Notes under the pieces: generated by a model
What the model was told of the DNA's origin: nothing
The model's database searches: none
What the model saw: only the letters and a program-made list of their open reading frames with translations
In this document: one piece after another, positions 14,506 through 27,434 of the stretch
Layout of the letters: each line of letters begins with the position of its first letter
Position numbering within the stretch: position 1 is the first letter of the stretch
Program-made: the position numbers and the translations under genes
From: Amoebidium appalachense
Taxonomy: Eukaryota > Protista > Ichthyosporea
Assembly: GCA_963693365.1 (NCBI GenBank)
Contig: CAVNZM010000009.1
Span: 7,793,408 to 7,857,407 of the forward strand
DNA length: 64,000 nt
Direction: 5' to 3'

Positions 14506-15845
14506 TTTCCTTCCGCCCCTTTCCCCTCGCCTTCTCCCCCTCCCCCCTCTCCTCCTCCCCTCTCCCCTTTTTTTGGGCACCTCCCCTCCCTCCCACCCCT
14601 TCATCCACATACACTCCGCACCTCCACCGTACAACCTCCCCCCTCCACTCCTATCCTCCCCCCCCCCCCCCTTCCCCCCCTTCCCCCTTTTACTCACACA
14701 CACACTCACTCTCACAGATGGTATTCGGTTCCAAGTCCCTAGTCCAATCCGCTGTCAACTGAAATTCTCCTTATACTTGAAAGTCCCAAATATGTCCCAT
14801 TCCTTCATCTTTTTTTGCATTTTCCATACAGGGTGCCCTATTTATGCAGATGTTTACTTCCAAATCCACCCTGAAAATCACATCAAGGAAGCAACCAGAA
14901 AATGGTTGTGCATAGATGGAAAAATTCAACAAAGAGCCGGTTCAAGGAGAAAGGAGAGCAAAGGTGTAGGTGTACATAGGCTATGTGGCGCACACGTGTG
15001 TGCGGATGTGCATGTGCGTGTGCGTGTGCGTGTGCGTGTGCGTGTGCGTGTGCGCGTGCGCGTGTTTGCCAAATTGCTGGGGTGATGGAGGAACGGGAAG
15101 GAGGGGGCTCAGGGAAGCGAGAGGAGAAAGGAGGTGGAGTGGGTTTGTATGATGTGCGAGTGTGTGTGTGGGAAGAGGGGGGAAAGGGGGAGGGGAGCAA
15201 GTAATTAGCAATAGTTATAGGCGGCTTCCCGCCCAACCGGTTTCTCCGGGTTCTCGCAGAAACTCTGCACCAACCCTTTGCACAACCTCCCTGAAAAACC
15301 ACAACTGCAGTGGCATATGATGTGTGCATGCAGCCACCCAAAGAAGAAACTTTGCCACAAAGATGTGGCCAGATGTTGTCTTGGTGAATGTGATTGTGGG
15401 ACAATTTTGACTAGCCTGTTACCGGTATTCCGGTCGGCTTGGGAGGCCGGGGGTATGCGGTTTAGGTAGGGGTGTGGCCCGGGAGACACAGTGTGTCTAT
15501 GCCCATTTTTCGAACAAATTGCTGTGGTTTCCTCCATGCTTTTTACTATGGCCTCTAAGTATTTGCTGGAACCATGAGGTTTGAAGCATGAACTATTTCA
15601 GCATCAGCTGACAAGCTACCATATTATGCACACAGAAACATGAGTGGGAAAGCAGGGTGAAGGTTTGTGAAGCCGAATTATTGATTTCCACCCTCCCCCC
15701 GCTCCTCTGCCCCTCCTTTTCTCCCCCCAAACAACCCCCCCTCCCGCCTCCCCACCCTTCTCCCTCAAAACCCCCTTGTAGCCAATAATTACCGATACTA
15801 CCAACCACGCTCACAATTCACCACAAACACACACTTTTGACACAT

Positions 15846-15878
<33 letters not shown>

Positions 15879-16105
15879 ACACACACTTTTTCTTTTGGCC
15901 TCTTCTATGCGTATGCATACAGGATCCCCTTCGGAATCCTCCCTCGGTGGGTGGGTGATATTGCAGACGTGTACATGTTTGGTTCATCAGCAAAATCTAA
16001 TATAGGCCCTTAGAGTGCATTTTACGCTAAATTGTATCTCATTCATGCAAGAGTGTCGGTCATTAAGACTGGCAAATGGTAAGTATACTGGGCATTAGGC
16101 TTTAC

Positions 16106-16153
<48 letters not shown>

Positions 16154-16582
16154 CCTCCTCCAAGGAAGGGGGGGGGGGGGGGGGGGGGGGGGGGGACAAA
16201 AATACATCCACCAACGTTTGGGTAGAGATGACCGAGGTGTCAGAACAATTAGAGTTTTCTGTCGTATTTTCAGCTCTAATTTAGGATGACCTCTGCTCAT
16301 ACAGCTCAGTCTCAGTGATGAGATGATGCATGGCCTTCATGCACCTGTGTGGGTGGTCACCCAACTAGCTGGTGCAGCATGCAGCTAAGTGTTGCAAATC
16401 TAAAGGTGTGGCTATGACTGTGGGACAAAATTTCGGCCGGGTCATATTGTACCTTTTGATTGGTTGCTTTGTTTGTCCGCCGATATGACGATGAACATGC
16501 TATACACTGATATAACACATCCATCCTGCTGGACATAGGTGCATACTCTCTGACCCAGGGCTCCGCCCTTCGTCTCCGGCAT

Positions 16583-17062
16583 TGTAAACAGTTGGACTAT
16601 TTAGGATAAGGCAGAGTACAACTGAATCAAAATAAAGACAGAGAACGGGTAGAAAGGCACACGCGGCCAGGTTGCTTTTACTATGGGCCGACTCAGTCTG
16701 TCTCAGACTTCACTGATGTGATCCCCGTACTGGGACGGCTTTCTTATATAGCCCCCAGGTTTCGGATCAAGGCCCAGGATTGGTTCATCCGCGGCCAGCG
16801 CGGGTGGCAACATGCCATTCGTGATTCTGGTGCGGTCCGAGCCAGTCAGACCTTTGTCCTATTTATGCAAACCTCTTATTGGTTCACTTCGTTTATGTGG
16901 TATGCAGCGGAAGAACCATATATGGTTCAATTCTTAGGTCAGAGTGAGTCCTATTGGTGCGGACATAATATTTATGTGATATTCATTACAAAGCACGAAT
17001 CGTGTGCTAGTAGATCACATTCTTTAGTAAACATGTACAGTTCATGTGTACAGTTGTTTACA
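16583..17062 (-). repeat. 3' LTR (480 bp)
   Basis: TG...CA ends with an 8-bp terminal inverted repeat. By eye it is identical to 19692-20170 except at ~16928-16930. Minus-strand TATATAAG at ~16743-16750 and AGTAAA at ~16677-16682. Confidence 0.95.
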
Positions 17063-17073
17063 CTCCCCCCCTT
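17063..17073 (-). promoter_or_regulatory. Polypurine tract (AAGGGGGGGAG) abutting the 3' LTR
   Basis: Plus strand reads CTCCCCCCCTT immediately inside the left LTR, the canonical PPT position. Confidence 0.9.
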
Positions 17074-17529
17074 GTCGGGAGCCTGGTGGTGTCGTTAGAC
17101 AAGCAAACCACCAGGCTGAGAGGCGATAAACAACCTTCAGCGAGAATTCTTGTGCGCCGACCTGCTGGGCAGAACAGAGCAAGGACGGTTGAATAGAGTT
17201 GTGCACGTCTATGAGCACTTCTTCATTTGCCAAAACGTAAATTCATGCAGCATTCTTCTGTGATTTCATTTTCGTGGCGAAGATTGTTGCAGAGTGTGTG
17301 CGAATTGTTCGCTTCGTCTCTGTGCTTGGCTTTTCTGTAGAAGTAGTATTTTTCTTTTGGGAATTTTTCCTTTTTAGGATACTCCCGCAGATTCGTTTTC
17401 AATTGCGAGTAATTTGGTTGTGTGGATGAATGATCATACCAAACATTCGATAATGAATATAACTCAAGGCTTAGGTCACTTCGTAGCTCAGGTAGTGGTG
17501 GATAGCTTCAAGGCTTAGCCGCTGCTCCT

Positions 17530-17830
17530 TATCCCGGTTCTACCTTAAGACTGTAAGGCGAGTCGCCATGGCCAGAAAAGCCACTTCTTTCATGAACAAA
17601 TAGCACTTCTTTCCTTTCAGCTTTAACCCTGCATCATCGGAGCTGGGAAAAACATGAATAAAAATGCCCCAAGTGTTCTTCGTTGGGCGACATAAAGAAA
17701 TATATCAGCCCGTCAGAATTCGAACCAGTAAAAACCCGGTTCATAATTCATAAGAAGAGGGTAGGCAAAGCAAACCTTCTTCAGAAAACACATGCTTCCA
17801 TTCGTGAGCAGTTTTCGTATCCCATTTGCC
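17530..17830 (-). pseudogene. Decayed Gypsy pol relic (pre-RT segment and RT C-terminal region)
   Basis: Minus strand translates to DAGLKLKGKKCYLFMKEVAFL(GH after a frameshift)...LKVEP(D)K, matching the Gypsy RT end AGLKL..KC.F...EV.FLGH...G..PDP.K. Upstream IRKLL/EWKHVFSE resembles the LL.EF.DVF segment that precedes RT. Confidence 0.75.
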
Positions 17831-19672
17831 AGCCATTTTTCGTTGAGCAGGGGGATTCCAGGCATAATACATTCTTCTGGAGGCTTGGCCTAAAAAGAAA
17901 AGTCGTCAGAGTCGCCCTTTCTTTTGTAAGCAACTTCGTGAGCGCGCTTCGTATCTTCATATCCTCCAGTGCAGGTCTGGATGGTGCCCCATCCTCTGCT
18001 TCATTTGTAGGTGGCCCTACTGTAGGTTCTGTTCGTTGTGTGGAATACCAAAACCATTCGTATTCGTGGAACTGCTTTGTGCTGTGCTTGCTTTCGTGTT
18101 GGTGTTCATGTAGTTACCCCATTCACACACCTACTACTTTCATACATCAGACGTAAGTAGCTGCCTGGGGGGTGTGTGGTTCGTGTTCGTGGCATTCTTC
18201 TGTTCCTTCGTGAGAAGAATATTCGTTTTAGCAGAGGTGCCCAATAAGGCAGCTTGTGGGGTTGTCTCCCGCATGTGCCCATTGGTGGGGTATGCACGTG
18301 CTAAATTGTTACAGTGTCATCATATTGCAAGGGAATAACATGGTCACCTCCGTACCAGGGCCTAGGTACACATGATGGTCCGATGTGTTAGTCAACAACA
18401 CCTTGCATTCGTATTCGTATTCGTCTTCCACGTCACTTTCTTCAGTAGTGAAGGAGGGTATTCGTAATTCGAAACTGAAAGGCTTCCAGCCAAAATACTG
18501 ACACTGTATGCTGGGGTTGTGAGGGAACGGTGCCCATACCACATTCTTTTGTTCTGGTGGGGGTGTGCCGGCAGCTAGTGCAAGGCTTGACAGTGTAATT
18601 GGTATGTTACACAGTATTGCCACAGACGGGCATTCACCTTAAAATTCGTACCCAACACCTTCTTTGTTTTTCACATGCATGAACAAAAGTTCTGCATCGA
18701 CTTTATTACATGCCTTTTGTGCACCAAGAGTGCAAATTCGTTAGGGCGTGGCACCAGGAAGGGCCGCCATACATGAGGCATATGTTCGTAATGTGTTTAG
18801 GCATGCCAGCATACATTCATGCGCATGTTGTGCATCCTGTGCGCTAAACTATGGGGCATGCTGTATTCGAAAACAGCAAGAAATTCGAAGCATGCATGCA
18901 AAACTACTTTCACAGCACCTTATGTCCTCAATGCTATAGGAACAGCGACTATCTTCTTCTTTAAATGCATTCGTGCTGAAAGTGGCCGTGCATCTGGCTT
19001 GCGAGTGTGGAGGTGCATGCGGTGGCATGGACACGATGACAGTGTGCAATAGCGCAATGCACGCAAGGGCAACGGTTTTCTTTTCTTCGTAACATAGAGG
19101 GGGCTGTGTGCATTGCAACCCAAGCAGTGTTGTGCATTCGTTCTTTCATTTTCGTATTTCCATTTCATTTTGCTTTCGTTTTTCGTTTTTTGTCGTTTGA
19201 TAACTTCGTTACTTTGTTTTGTTTTGTGTTGCATTCATTTCGTATTTCCTTTATGCATTCGCTTGTCGTTAATTCTTTATTTCATTGCGTATTCGTGATA
19301 GTTCGTTTTTCGTTGGTTCATTGCTTCGTTAGCAATTCTTTATTCGTTTGTTCGTGTATTCGTTGTTTCGTTGTGTATTCGTTTTTCTTCACATTTTTGA
19401 TGTGTCGTAGCAAAAGAAGTTTTACATGCTTTCAATTCTTTCCGTGTAGGTGGGCTGGCCACTTCAAACTTGTCGGTGTATATATTCTAAGCCGGACAAG
19501 GAAAGATGTGCCTATCATCGGGGTAAAAAGGATTGTGATCGGCCATGGGAGATTCTTGAGCTGATTGAAAGATGTGAGATTCTTGAACTGATTGAAAGAT
19601 GTGAGATTCGAAGGATGCGAGATTCTTGAACTGCGCGGTCGCCAATGTAAACAGTTGGCAATGTAAAACAGT

Positions 19673-19690
19673 GTCCTGCCGCGGTCGCCA
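19673..19690 (-). promoter_or_regulatory. Primer-binding site complementary to the 3' end of tRNA-Arg (TGGCGACCGCGGCAGGAC)
   Basis: Starts TGG one base after the 5' LTR. The plus-strand GTCCTGCCGCGGTCGCCA matches the 3' 18 nt of eukaryotic tRNA-Arg(TCG) as I recall it; not searched. Confidence 0.85.
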
Positions 19691-19691
19691 A

Positions 19692-20170
19692 TGTAAACAG
19701 TTGGACTATTTAGGATAAGGCAGAGTACAACTGAATCAAAATAAAGACAGAGAACGGGTAGAAAGGCACACGCGGCCAGGTTGCTTTTACTATGGGCCGA
19801 CTCAGTCTGTCTCAGACTTCACTGATGTGATCCCCGTACTGGGACGGCTTTCTTATATAGCCCCCAGGTTTCGGATCAAGGCCCAGGATTGGTTCATCCG
19901 CGGCCAGCGCGGGTGGCAACATGCCATTCGTGATTCTGGTGCGGTCCGAGCCAGTCAGACCTTTGTCCTATTTATGCAAACCTCTTATTGGTTCACTTCG
20001 TTTATGTGGTATGCAGCGGAAGAACCATATATGGTTGATTCTTAGGTCAGAGTGAGTCCTATTGGTGCGGACATAATATTTATGTGATATTCATTACAAA
20101 GCACGAATCGTGTGCTAGTAGATCACATTCTTTAGTAAACATGTACAGTTCATGTGTACAGTTGTTTACA
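19692..20170 (-). repeat. 5' LTR (479 bp)
   Basis: Direct repeat of 16583-17062, followed on the plus strand by the TSD GGCAT. Confidence 0.95.
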
Positions 20171-20199
20171 GGCATCCCTCTTTAATCAAATTGCAGCCT

Positions 20200-20235
<36 letters not shown>

Positions 20236-20820
20236 TTCTCCCCCCTGCCCCCACACCCTTCCACTCACCCCTCCTCCCCGCCTCCCCAAGCCTCCTCTCC
20301 CCCTTTGCTGGCCCCCCTCGCCCATCCTCCCCCCCCCCCCCTCTCCCCCCCCCCCCCTCTGCCCCGAGCGCCACCTCAATACTCCTCCCGCTCCCCCCCC
20401 CCCCCCCACCCCCCCCCCCCCCCCCCCCTCCCTCCCTCCTCCCTCCCTCCCCCCCCAAAAAAAAACACACATGCACACATGGTCATACTCCCATCCACCC
20501 GACTGGCAGGCAGGCACAAGCAATATTCTTACTCTTACCTTCACAGGCTGTGTATATTCTTAAAAACTAAAACTGCAAGAACTAGCTAGTACTAACCGAA
20601 AATCACTCCCAATATGCCCTCACCTATTCCCTCAAAGTTTCCTATACATAGTAGCGTCATGCAGGGATAAAACTCTGCACCTTGCTCCCATAGGGCCTGG
20701 AACATGGGCTATGTTTCGTGTCTTTTTCTGTGATGTCTTTGTGCTTTGCAACGTGCTTTTTTTGTAATATCCGCCAACCCCCCCCCCCCCCCCTCCCCTC
20801 CCCTCCCTCCCTCCCCTCCC

Positions 20821-20851
<31 letters not shown>

Positions 20852-21440
20852 AAATGCCTTCCCTCTCTCGCTTGCTGCAAAAAAATGAAGCCTCTGACAA
20901 CTAAAAAGGAACAACAACAACCAAAAGAAGAAGAATAAGAAGCAAAAAAATGATAGTAAGACCCTCCCCCGCCCCCTTCCCCCCTCTCCCTCCCCCTCTC
21001 CCCCCCCCCCTCCCCCCTTCCCCGCCGCCCCCTTATGTTTCGATATACTGTACATAGCGGGCCTTCCACTTTTGTAAGATGCACTAGGCCACGGTATGAA
21101 CCCACCTCTCTCATGGGACTGATGCCCACCCAGAGAGCGTGGTCCTTAGCATACATAAAAAACAACAACACGGCGGTGCTGAAAAAAAAAAGAACATGAA
21201 AAAAAAACACTGTGAAAAGCGAAGAAAGGCATATCCCCCCCACCTCCCCCCCCCCCCTCCCCCCTCCTGCCTTCCCCAACACATACACACACACAATAAC
21301 CGAAAATATTGCCACTGTGCATGTGCACACACACACGTCCACTTATGGTGACACAAGCACACACACGCACACATACACACACACACACACACACATACAA
21401 AAAAAAACGCACAATGACCACACACTATCCTTCCCCCCCC

Positions 21441-21493
<53 letters not shown>

Positions 21494-21828
21494 ACCACGC
21501 CCCGCCCCAGGCACATGCACTTAAGAAACCTCTCCTGCACTGTCTTGTTTCAGTTGGTCGATGGTACACGTAGAAATAAGCACAGATGTGCACACGGTGT
21601 TGCTGTGCCACCTATTGTTGTGTCCATAAAGCAAGGTTTGGAACTAGATGTGGTGATAAGAGAACGGAAGTTTGATCACAAAGGAAAACGATAATGATTG
21701 AGAGAGGGCAGGGTGGATGGTGGCAGCAGAAGTGTGTTCAAGCAAAAAAGTGAGAATATACGAGGGGCGGATTATGGGTCGGCGGGGTGGTGGTGGTGGT
21801 GGTGGTGGTGGTGGTGGTGGTGGTGTGT

Positions 21829-21859
<31 letters not shown>

Positions 21860-22325
21860 GGGGGGAAGGAGGAATTAGAGGGGCCAGTGATTGTTTTCTC
21901 AGAGCATTCTTTTTTTGTGTCAGTTTGGGACGACACTCTGTGCAACAGAAAGCATGACTCCATACGCTGTGAGTGGCCATCACTGTAATGGCATCATCAC
22001 CAGTGCATGTGTGTGAGTGGTCGTCCGGTTGCTGGGAAAACCTCACAGCTGTGATCACAAAGCCGGTCCATGGTTTTGATTGTGGGAGAATATTTCGACC
22101 GGATGTCAATCAAGTTAATGGCCAATTGATGGATGTTGAAGTTGTTAGCACACATGACGGGGAATGTAACTTACAGATAGGTAGAGGCCTTGTATACTAG
22201 TATGTTGACCATAAGTGCACACTCATTTTGGGCCACACCATCCATCATGGCCATATCTCGTGTCTGAGGAATCCCAGTTCATTAATTCTCGCCATATCGA
22301 ATCCTATGATAAACTGAACTTCCTA

Positions 22326-22362
<37 letters not shown>

Positions 22363-23681
22363 CCCAGGGTGTATGCCTGAGATGACCCTTTTTAAATTCC
22401 CTGGCGACCAGCCCGGAGAAATTGAAGGGTTTGCACAAGTTAACATGGACAAAGTTGGCGAGCTCAAATATACCGCATGCTTCAAGTTACAGGGTGTTTT
22501 TCCATGAAATAAATAATGCATTGACGGTGCAATATTATTAGGTACTTTCTTTTCTTGTAAGTCTGATTTTAATTCATACACGAGAAGGAAATATACAAAT
22601 CAATATGACTGCAAGGCAGATGGGTGAATTTTGTTAAGCATGTACGTACGTATATATACAAAAATTTTCGAATCCCCCCCCCCCCCTCCCCCGAGCTCCC
22701 CCCCCCCCCCCCCCAACCCACCTAATAGTCATCCCCCCCCCCCCCCCCCCCACCTAATAGTCATGCCCCCCCCCCCCCTCCCCCCTCCCCCTCCCATGAA
22801 ATATGTACAGAACACATGCTGAGGTGTGCTTCATCACTGCTAGCTGGCAAGTTGTTCCACACATGGTCCGTCACAGTAGTGTTTCAGAAAAGTTATAAGC
22901 GACATATGAATTTGCCCCATCCCAGAATAATTGTTCCGCGAGAAGAATATCTCGTGAATACTCCAACATCCTAGAATACCCCTGCAAACGAATCTCGAGG
23001 CTGGGGAAGATAAAGTGCGAGAACTTAAATTCGGGTTTTTCTTTAGTCCCCCCCCCCCCCCCCTCCCCCCCCCCCCCCCCCCCCCCCCCCCCTCTCTCTC
23101 TCTCCTTTTTTTTTTCTTTTTTTTTTTTCCCCTCCCTTTATCTCCGAAATGCGTTGAGAGCTGTTTCTGTAGATCAAGAGATCAAGTTCGAAGGCGGGAG
23201 TGGGTGGGTGGGTGGTAGGTGGATGCCATGGCTGGTGCGTGTGTTTGTATGTGCACACGCAAGGATGGAGTGAGTTGTCTGTGTGTGGGTGTGGGTGTGG
23301 GGGTGTGCGTGCGTGTGCGTGTTTGTGTGTGTGTGGGAGGGAGGGGGAGAAGGGGGGGGGGGGGAGGGGGGGGAGAGAGGGAGGGGAGGGCAGGGAACTG
23401 GGCCTGGAGGGTGGGGGGATGTAAGGTAAGGTAGGCGTCACCCACGTTAAAAAGATAAAATCCTGGATTTATTTTCGGTACGAATTATACGAAGTGATCT
23501 TTTACTCATACCTGTACTACTAAGTGGTGGCACGGGGGGCTGGCAGAAGGAGAGAGAATTCTAAATAAAGTAGCATTGGACTATTAGCAACATAATATAA
23601 ATCATGATATGACACCTTGTTCGAACATGCCCCCCCCCCCCCCCCGTGTGTGTGTGTGTGCGTCAGTGTGTGTGTGTGTTC

Positions 23682-23762
<81 letters not shown>

Positions 23763-24173
23763 CGCGCGCATCACGCGGCGCGTGTGGTGCCGCATGTGTT
23801 AATCTTATTATAAATATTTTAACTCTTTCTGTGCTTTTTTTTTTGGGCCGGAGGAGGGGGAGGGGAGAGGGGGGGGGGGGGGGGGGGGGAGAACCGAACT
23901 GAATAATATCTGTCTAAAGTAACGGTACGGGAGAGGGGGGCGGGGGTCCATAATTTATATGAGCAGTTCCGTAATACCATGCTATGTAAGCCTTTTGAGT
24001 GTTTCTTGTATGGTCATGCAAATACAAGTGAAGGGGTAAAAAGGGGAGGAGGCTTAGGCCCGAAAACAACTTTACTAGGTGGAAGGGGGGGAGGGGGGAA
24101 GGGGCCTCGGGGCGGAGAACGTTGCATCTTGCAGCTAGGTGCAGGTGTGTGTGGATGAGAGGCAGAGAGAGAG

Positions 24174-24204
<31 letters not shown>

Positions 24205-25257
24205 AGAGAAAAGAGAAAGGGGGAAAAAGAAAGGGGGGAGGAGGGGGAGGCCTTGGGAAAGGGGAAGAGCAAAAAAGAGATAGGGAAAGAAAGGCACGTG
24301 GGAAGTGGGGTGGTGGCCGTGGTGGTACCACGTAGGTGATGCTGGTTGGTTGGTTGGTTGGTTGGTCTTTGGGGAAAGGGAAGGGGAAAGGAGGGAGGGG
24401 AGGGGGGGGGGAGGGGGGGGGGGGGGGGGGGGGGGAGGGGGGGAGAAAGGAATCCCACATACTCCCATCTTTTTCACAACGAGGCAAACCCCTTGAATCC
24501 CAAGCCTTTTTTATAGTGTCTGAAGGATGGTAGGCCGGTGATGCCTGCACCAAACGTGGGGAAGGGGTGTGGGGTAGGGTTGTGCACGTGTTAGTGTTTC
24601 AGATTCTCCGCGCCTGTGGGCATGAGCACGTGCGTTTGCATGTGTATGCATGCGCTTCAGAGGTATTTTTTCGGTTATTTTTTCCCTTTCTTTGTTTCTT
24701 TTTCGGAGTGGCAGTGGGGAATGGGGAGGGAAGAAAGCCTAAGAGAGAGGAGAGCGAGCGAATGCTTGAGGGGATGTGAGGGGGATGGGAGAGGGGTAGG
24801 AGGGGGGGAGGGGGTAGATTAAGGTGGAGGTGAAGGATTCAAGATTGTTGGGACGCCACAATATCCTCCTGCAAAAACGAACACCAAAGAAAGTTGGGCA
24901 CAACCTCCATCACAAGCACCGTGACGAAGCGTGCAAACAGCCCTTACCTGGAGGCACTACTTACCTGGAGGAACTAGGTCCACAAGACCCTGTGGTCCTG
25001 TTCTTGAAAGCAGAGACTGAGGCCACGGGCGAGAGGCGAGCACAACAAAGATGAAAAAAAAAAATGAAAAAAAACCCCCCACGGTTCGGCGTGCATTTCG
25101 CGCCCATTTCGTGCCGGTTACGCTATTTTTAAAAACTTGGCGCATGATATTTTAGCCTTTTTTGTGTTACACTAACCTCAAAAGGAAGTTCAACCCCCCC
25201 TCCCCACCAATAGGGAGGGATTGTTAAAGCCACTATCCGCCTCCGCCACGGAGAGCT

Positions 25258-25304
<47 letters not shown>

Positions 25305-25497
25305 ACGGCTACACGCCCCCCTCCCCCCACCCCCTCCCCTCCCCCCCCCCTCCTAAACCTTCAAATACACGACATAGCTCCCTTCCTATCTTTCTAAGTG
25401 CACCACAACAAACTATTATTAAAAAAAAAGAACCCCCCCCCGGTTTTCGGACTCTGGTGGTGGTGGTGGTGGTGGTGCTGTTTTTTTTTTTTTTTTT

Positions 25498-25548
<51 letters not shown>

Positions 25549-27381
25549 AAGAACAGACACCCTTAACGTTGGTTTATTACCACCTAGAAACCAGGGTTAG
25601 CAAGAGATGTACTTGTCTGGCCACACCTTCTAGGGTTCCCCTGTCCTCCCCCCCCCCCCCCCCCCCCCCTCCCTCCCTCCCCTCCCCCCTCCCTTTATAA
25701 AGCAAATTTGACACTGACCACCACTCCTCCCTTTATTCGTGCTTCACACTGTTGATTGGTTTGGTTGGTGCCTTGCGGTTTTGTTACCTTCGTGTAATCT
25801 TCTGGTCTTCACTCATAATACCCTCCTCCCCCCCTCTCCCGGCCTCTGACTCACCTTCCCTCCCCTTCCCCCTCTAAAACCCCCAACTCACCTCCCCCCC
25901 CCCCCCCTCTTTCTTTTAAAAATAGAAGAAACAGGGGAACCCCCCCCCTCCCCCCCCTCCCCACCCCCACCTCCCCCTCCCTCCTCCCTCTCTCTCCTCC
26001 CCCCTCCCTCCCCCCCACTCCTTACTTCCACACGTGTACTAAATACCCCCTCCCCCTACACCCTCGAGCTCCCCCCTCCCCTTTCATCCCCCGCCCCCCC
26101 CTCCTCCCCCGCCCTTCCCGGGCCCTACTCACACGTACCGAGGCACACATCGAATCTGCGGATACTGTCACTACACACATTAGAGTACTCTCTCACGGAT
26201 AAGGCACGTTTTCCCACTTCATCCCACTGTCGGCTGGGATTCTCCTTAGATTTGCCATAGTATTCCAAATCTGTTCCATCCGCTCACCTTATTTTTATAG
26301 TTCCCGCATGAGGGCGGCATAAATACATGCAAAGGTCAATGACTTTATACCCCAAAACTGAAATTAAGGAGCAACCAGGAAATGGCAATGCATACATGGA
26401 AAAAATCAACAAAGAGCCGGCCCAAGGAGAATGGAAAGCAATCGTGCGGGTGTAGGGTATATGGTGTGCGTGCATTGCGTGCGTGAAAAAGGAGGGGGAG
26501 GGGGGGGGGGGGGGGGGGGGGGGGGAATAGGGGGAGTAAAGGGGAGGGAGGAACGCAAGGGCGGATGAGAGAGCGGGAGGGAAGAAGGAGCAATGGAGGG
26601 GGAGGTGAAGGGGCGAGAGGGGGGGGAGGGGGGGGTGAGCTTGGAGTGTACATGTGATATCAGGAAACATTGGGCAATGCTTATTATAGGCGGCCTCCCA
26701 GGCCGGCTCAACCTGGTTCTCCGTCGCACAGTTCTCGCAGCAATTCTGCAAGGAATGGCAGCACTGGCAGGTCATGGAGTGGCGTTGCAAAACCACAGCG
26801 GTGGCATGCATGTGTGCAAGCGGCCGCTCGAATAAGGGGATGCCACATAGCTGTGTTATAATGGTGAGCTTGGTGGCTGTGATTGTGGGACGATTTTTTT
26901 GACCAGCATGTTGCCGTTATTCCAGTCGGCTTGGGTGACCGGGGACATGCTGTGTAGGGAGTCGCATGCGGAGTGGCCGGCCGGAAGGACTTGGTCAATG
27001 TTTGCATGTATATATCTTCTGTAACAAGGCATACTATGATCTGCACATGACACACACACACACACACAATCGGTAGTGTTCCTGAGAACCACATGACGCT
27101 GTGCATTTTCTTGTGAGAGTTCATTGTGTAAACGATCCACCGTTACCAACGATTTAGCCGTACATATTTACATGGCATGTGTCAATTCTTGCGGATGTAT
27201 AGTTCTTTCTCAGTTTGAAGCCGCATTTGATATTGTCACAAACACCACGTAAATTATGCGCGCACAGGGCACTAGGTGTGAAGGCAGCAGGAACGTTTTT
27301 GAATTTCAGTGTTTTTTTTCGGTTTTTGTTTTTCTGTGTTCTCACCCTCATTATTTCCGGTTGGCTCTAGCCGAATAAGAG

Positions 27382-27434
<53 letters not shown>

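Larger units (their letters stand above)
16583..20170 (-). mobile_element. Non-autonomous (internally deleted/decayed) Ty3/Gypsy-type LTR retrotransposon, recent insertion
   Basis: Two ~480-bp direct repeats with TGTAAACA...TGTTTACA ends. 5-bp TSD GGCAT at 16578-16582 and 20171-20175. PBS next to the right LTR and PPT next to the left LTR set the minus orientation. The 2.6-kb interior has no long ORF but keeps RT relics. Confidence 0.95.

Noticed and set aside
16718-17098. 126-aa ORF and its twin at 19827-20045
   Set aside because: It lies within the LTRs, is antisense to the element, and is frameshifted between the two copies.
19549-19633. CRISPR-like repeat
   Set aside because: The units are head-to-tail with no unique spacers, the context is a eukaryotic LTR element, and there are no cas genes.
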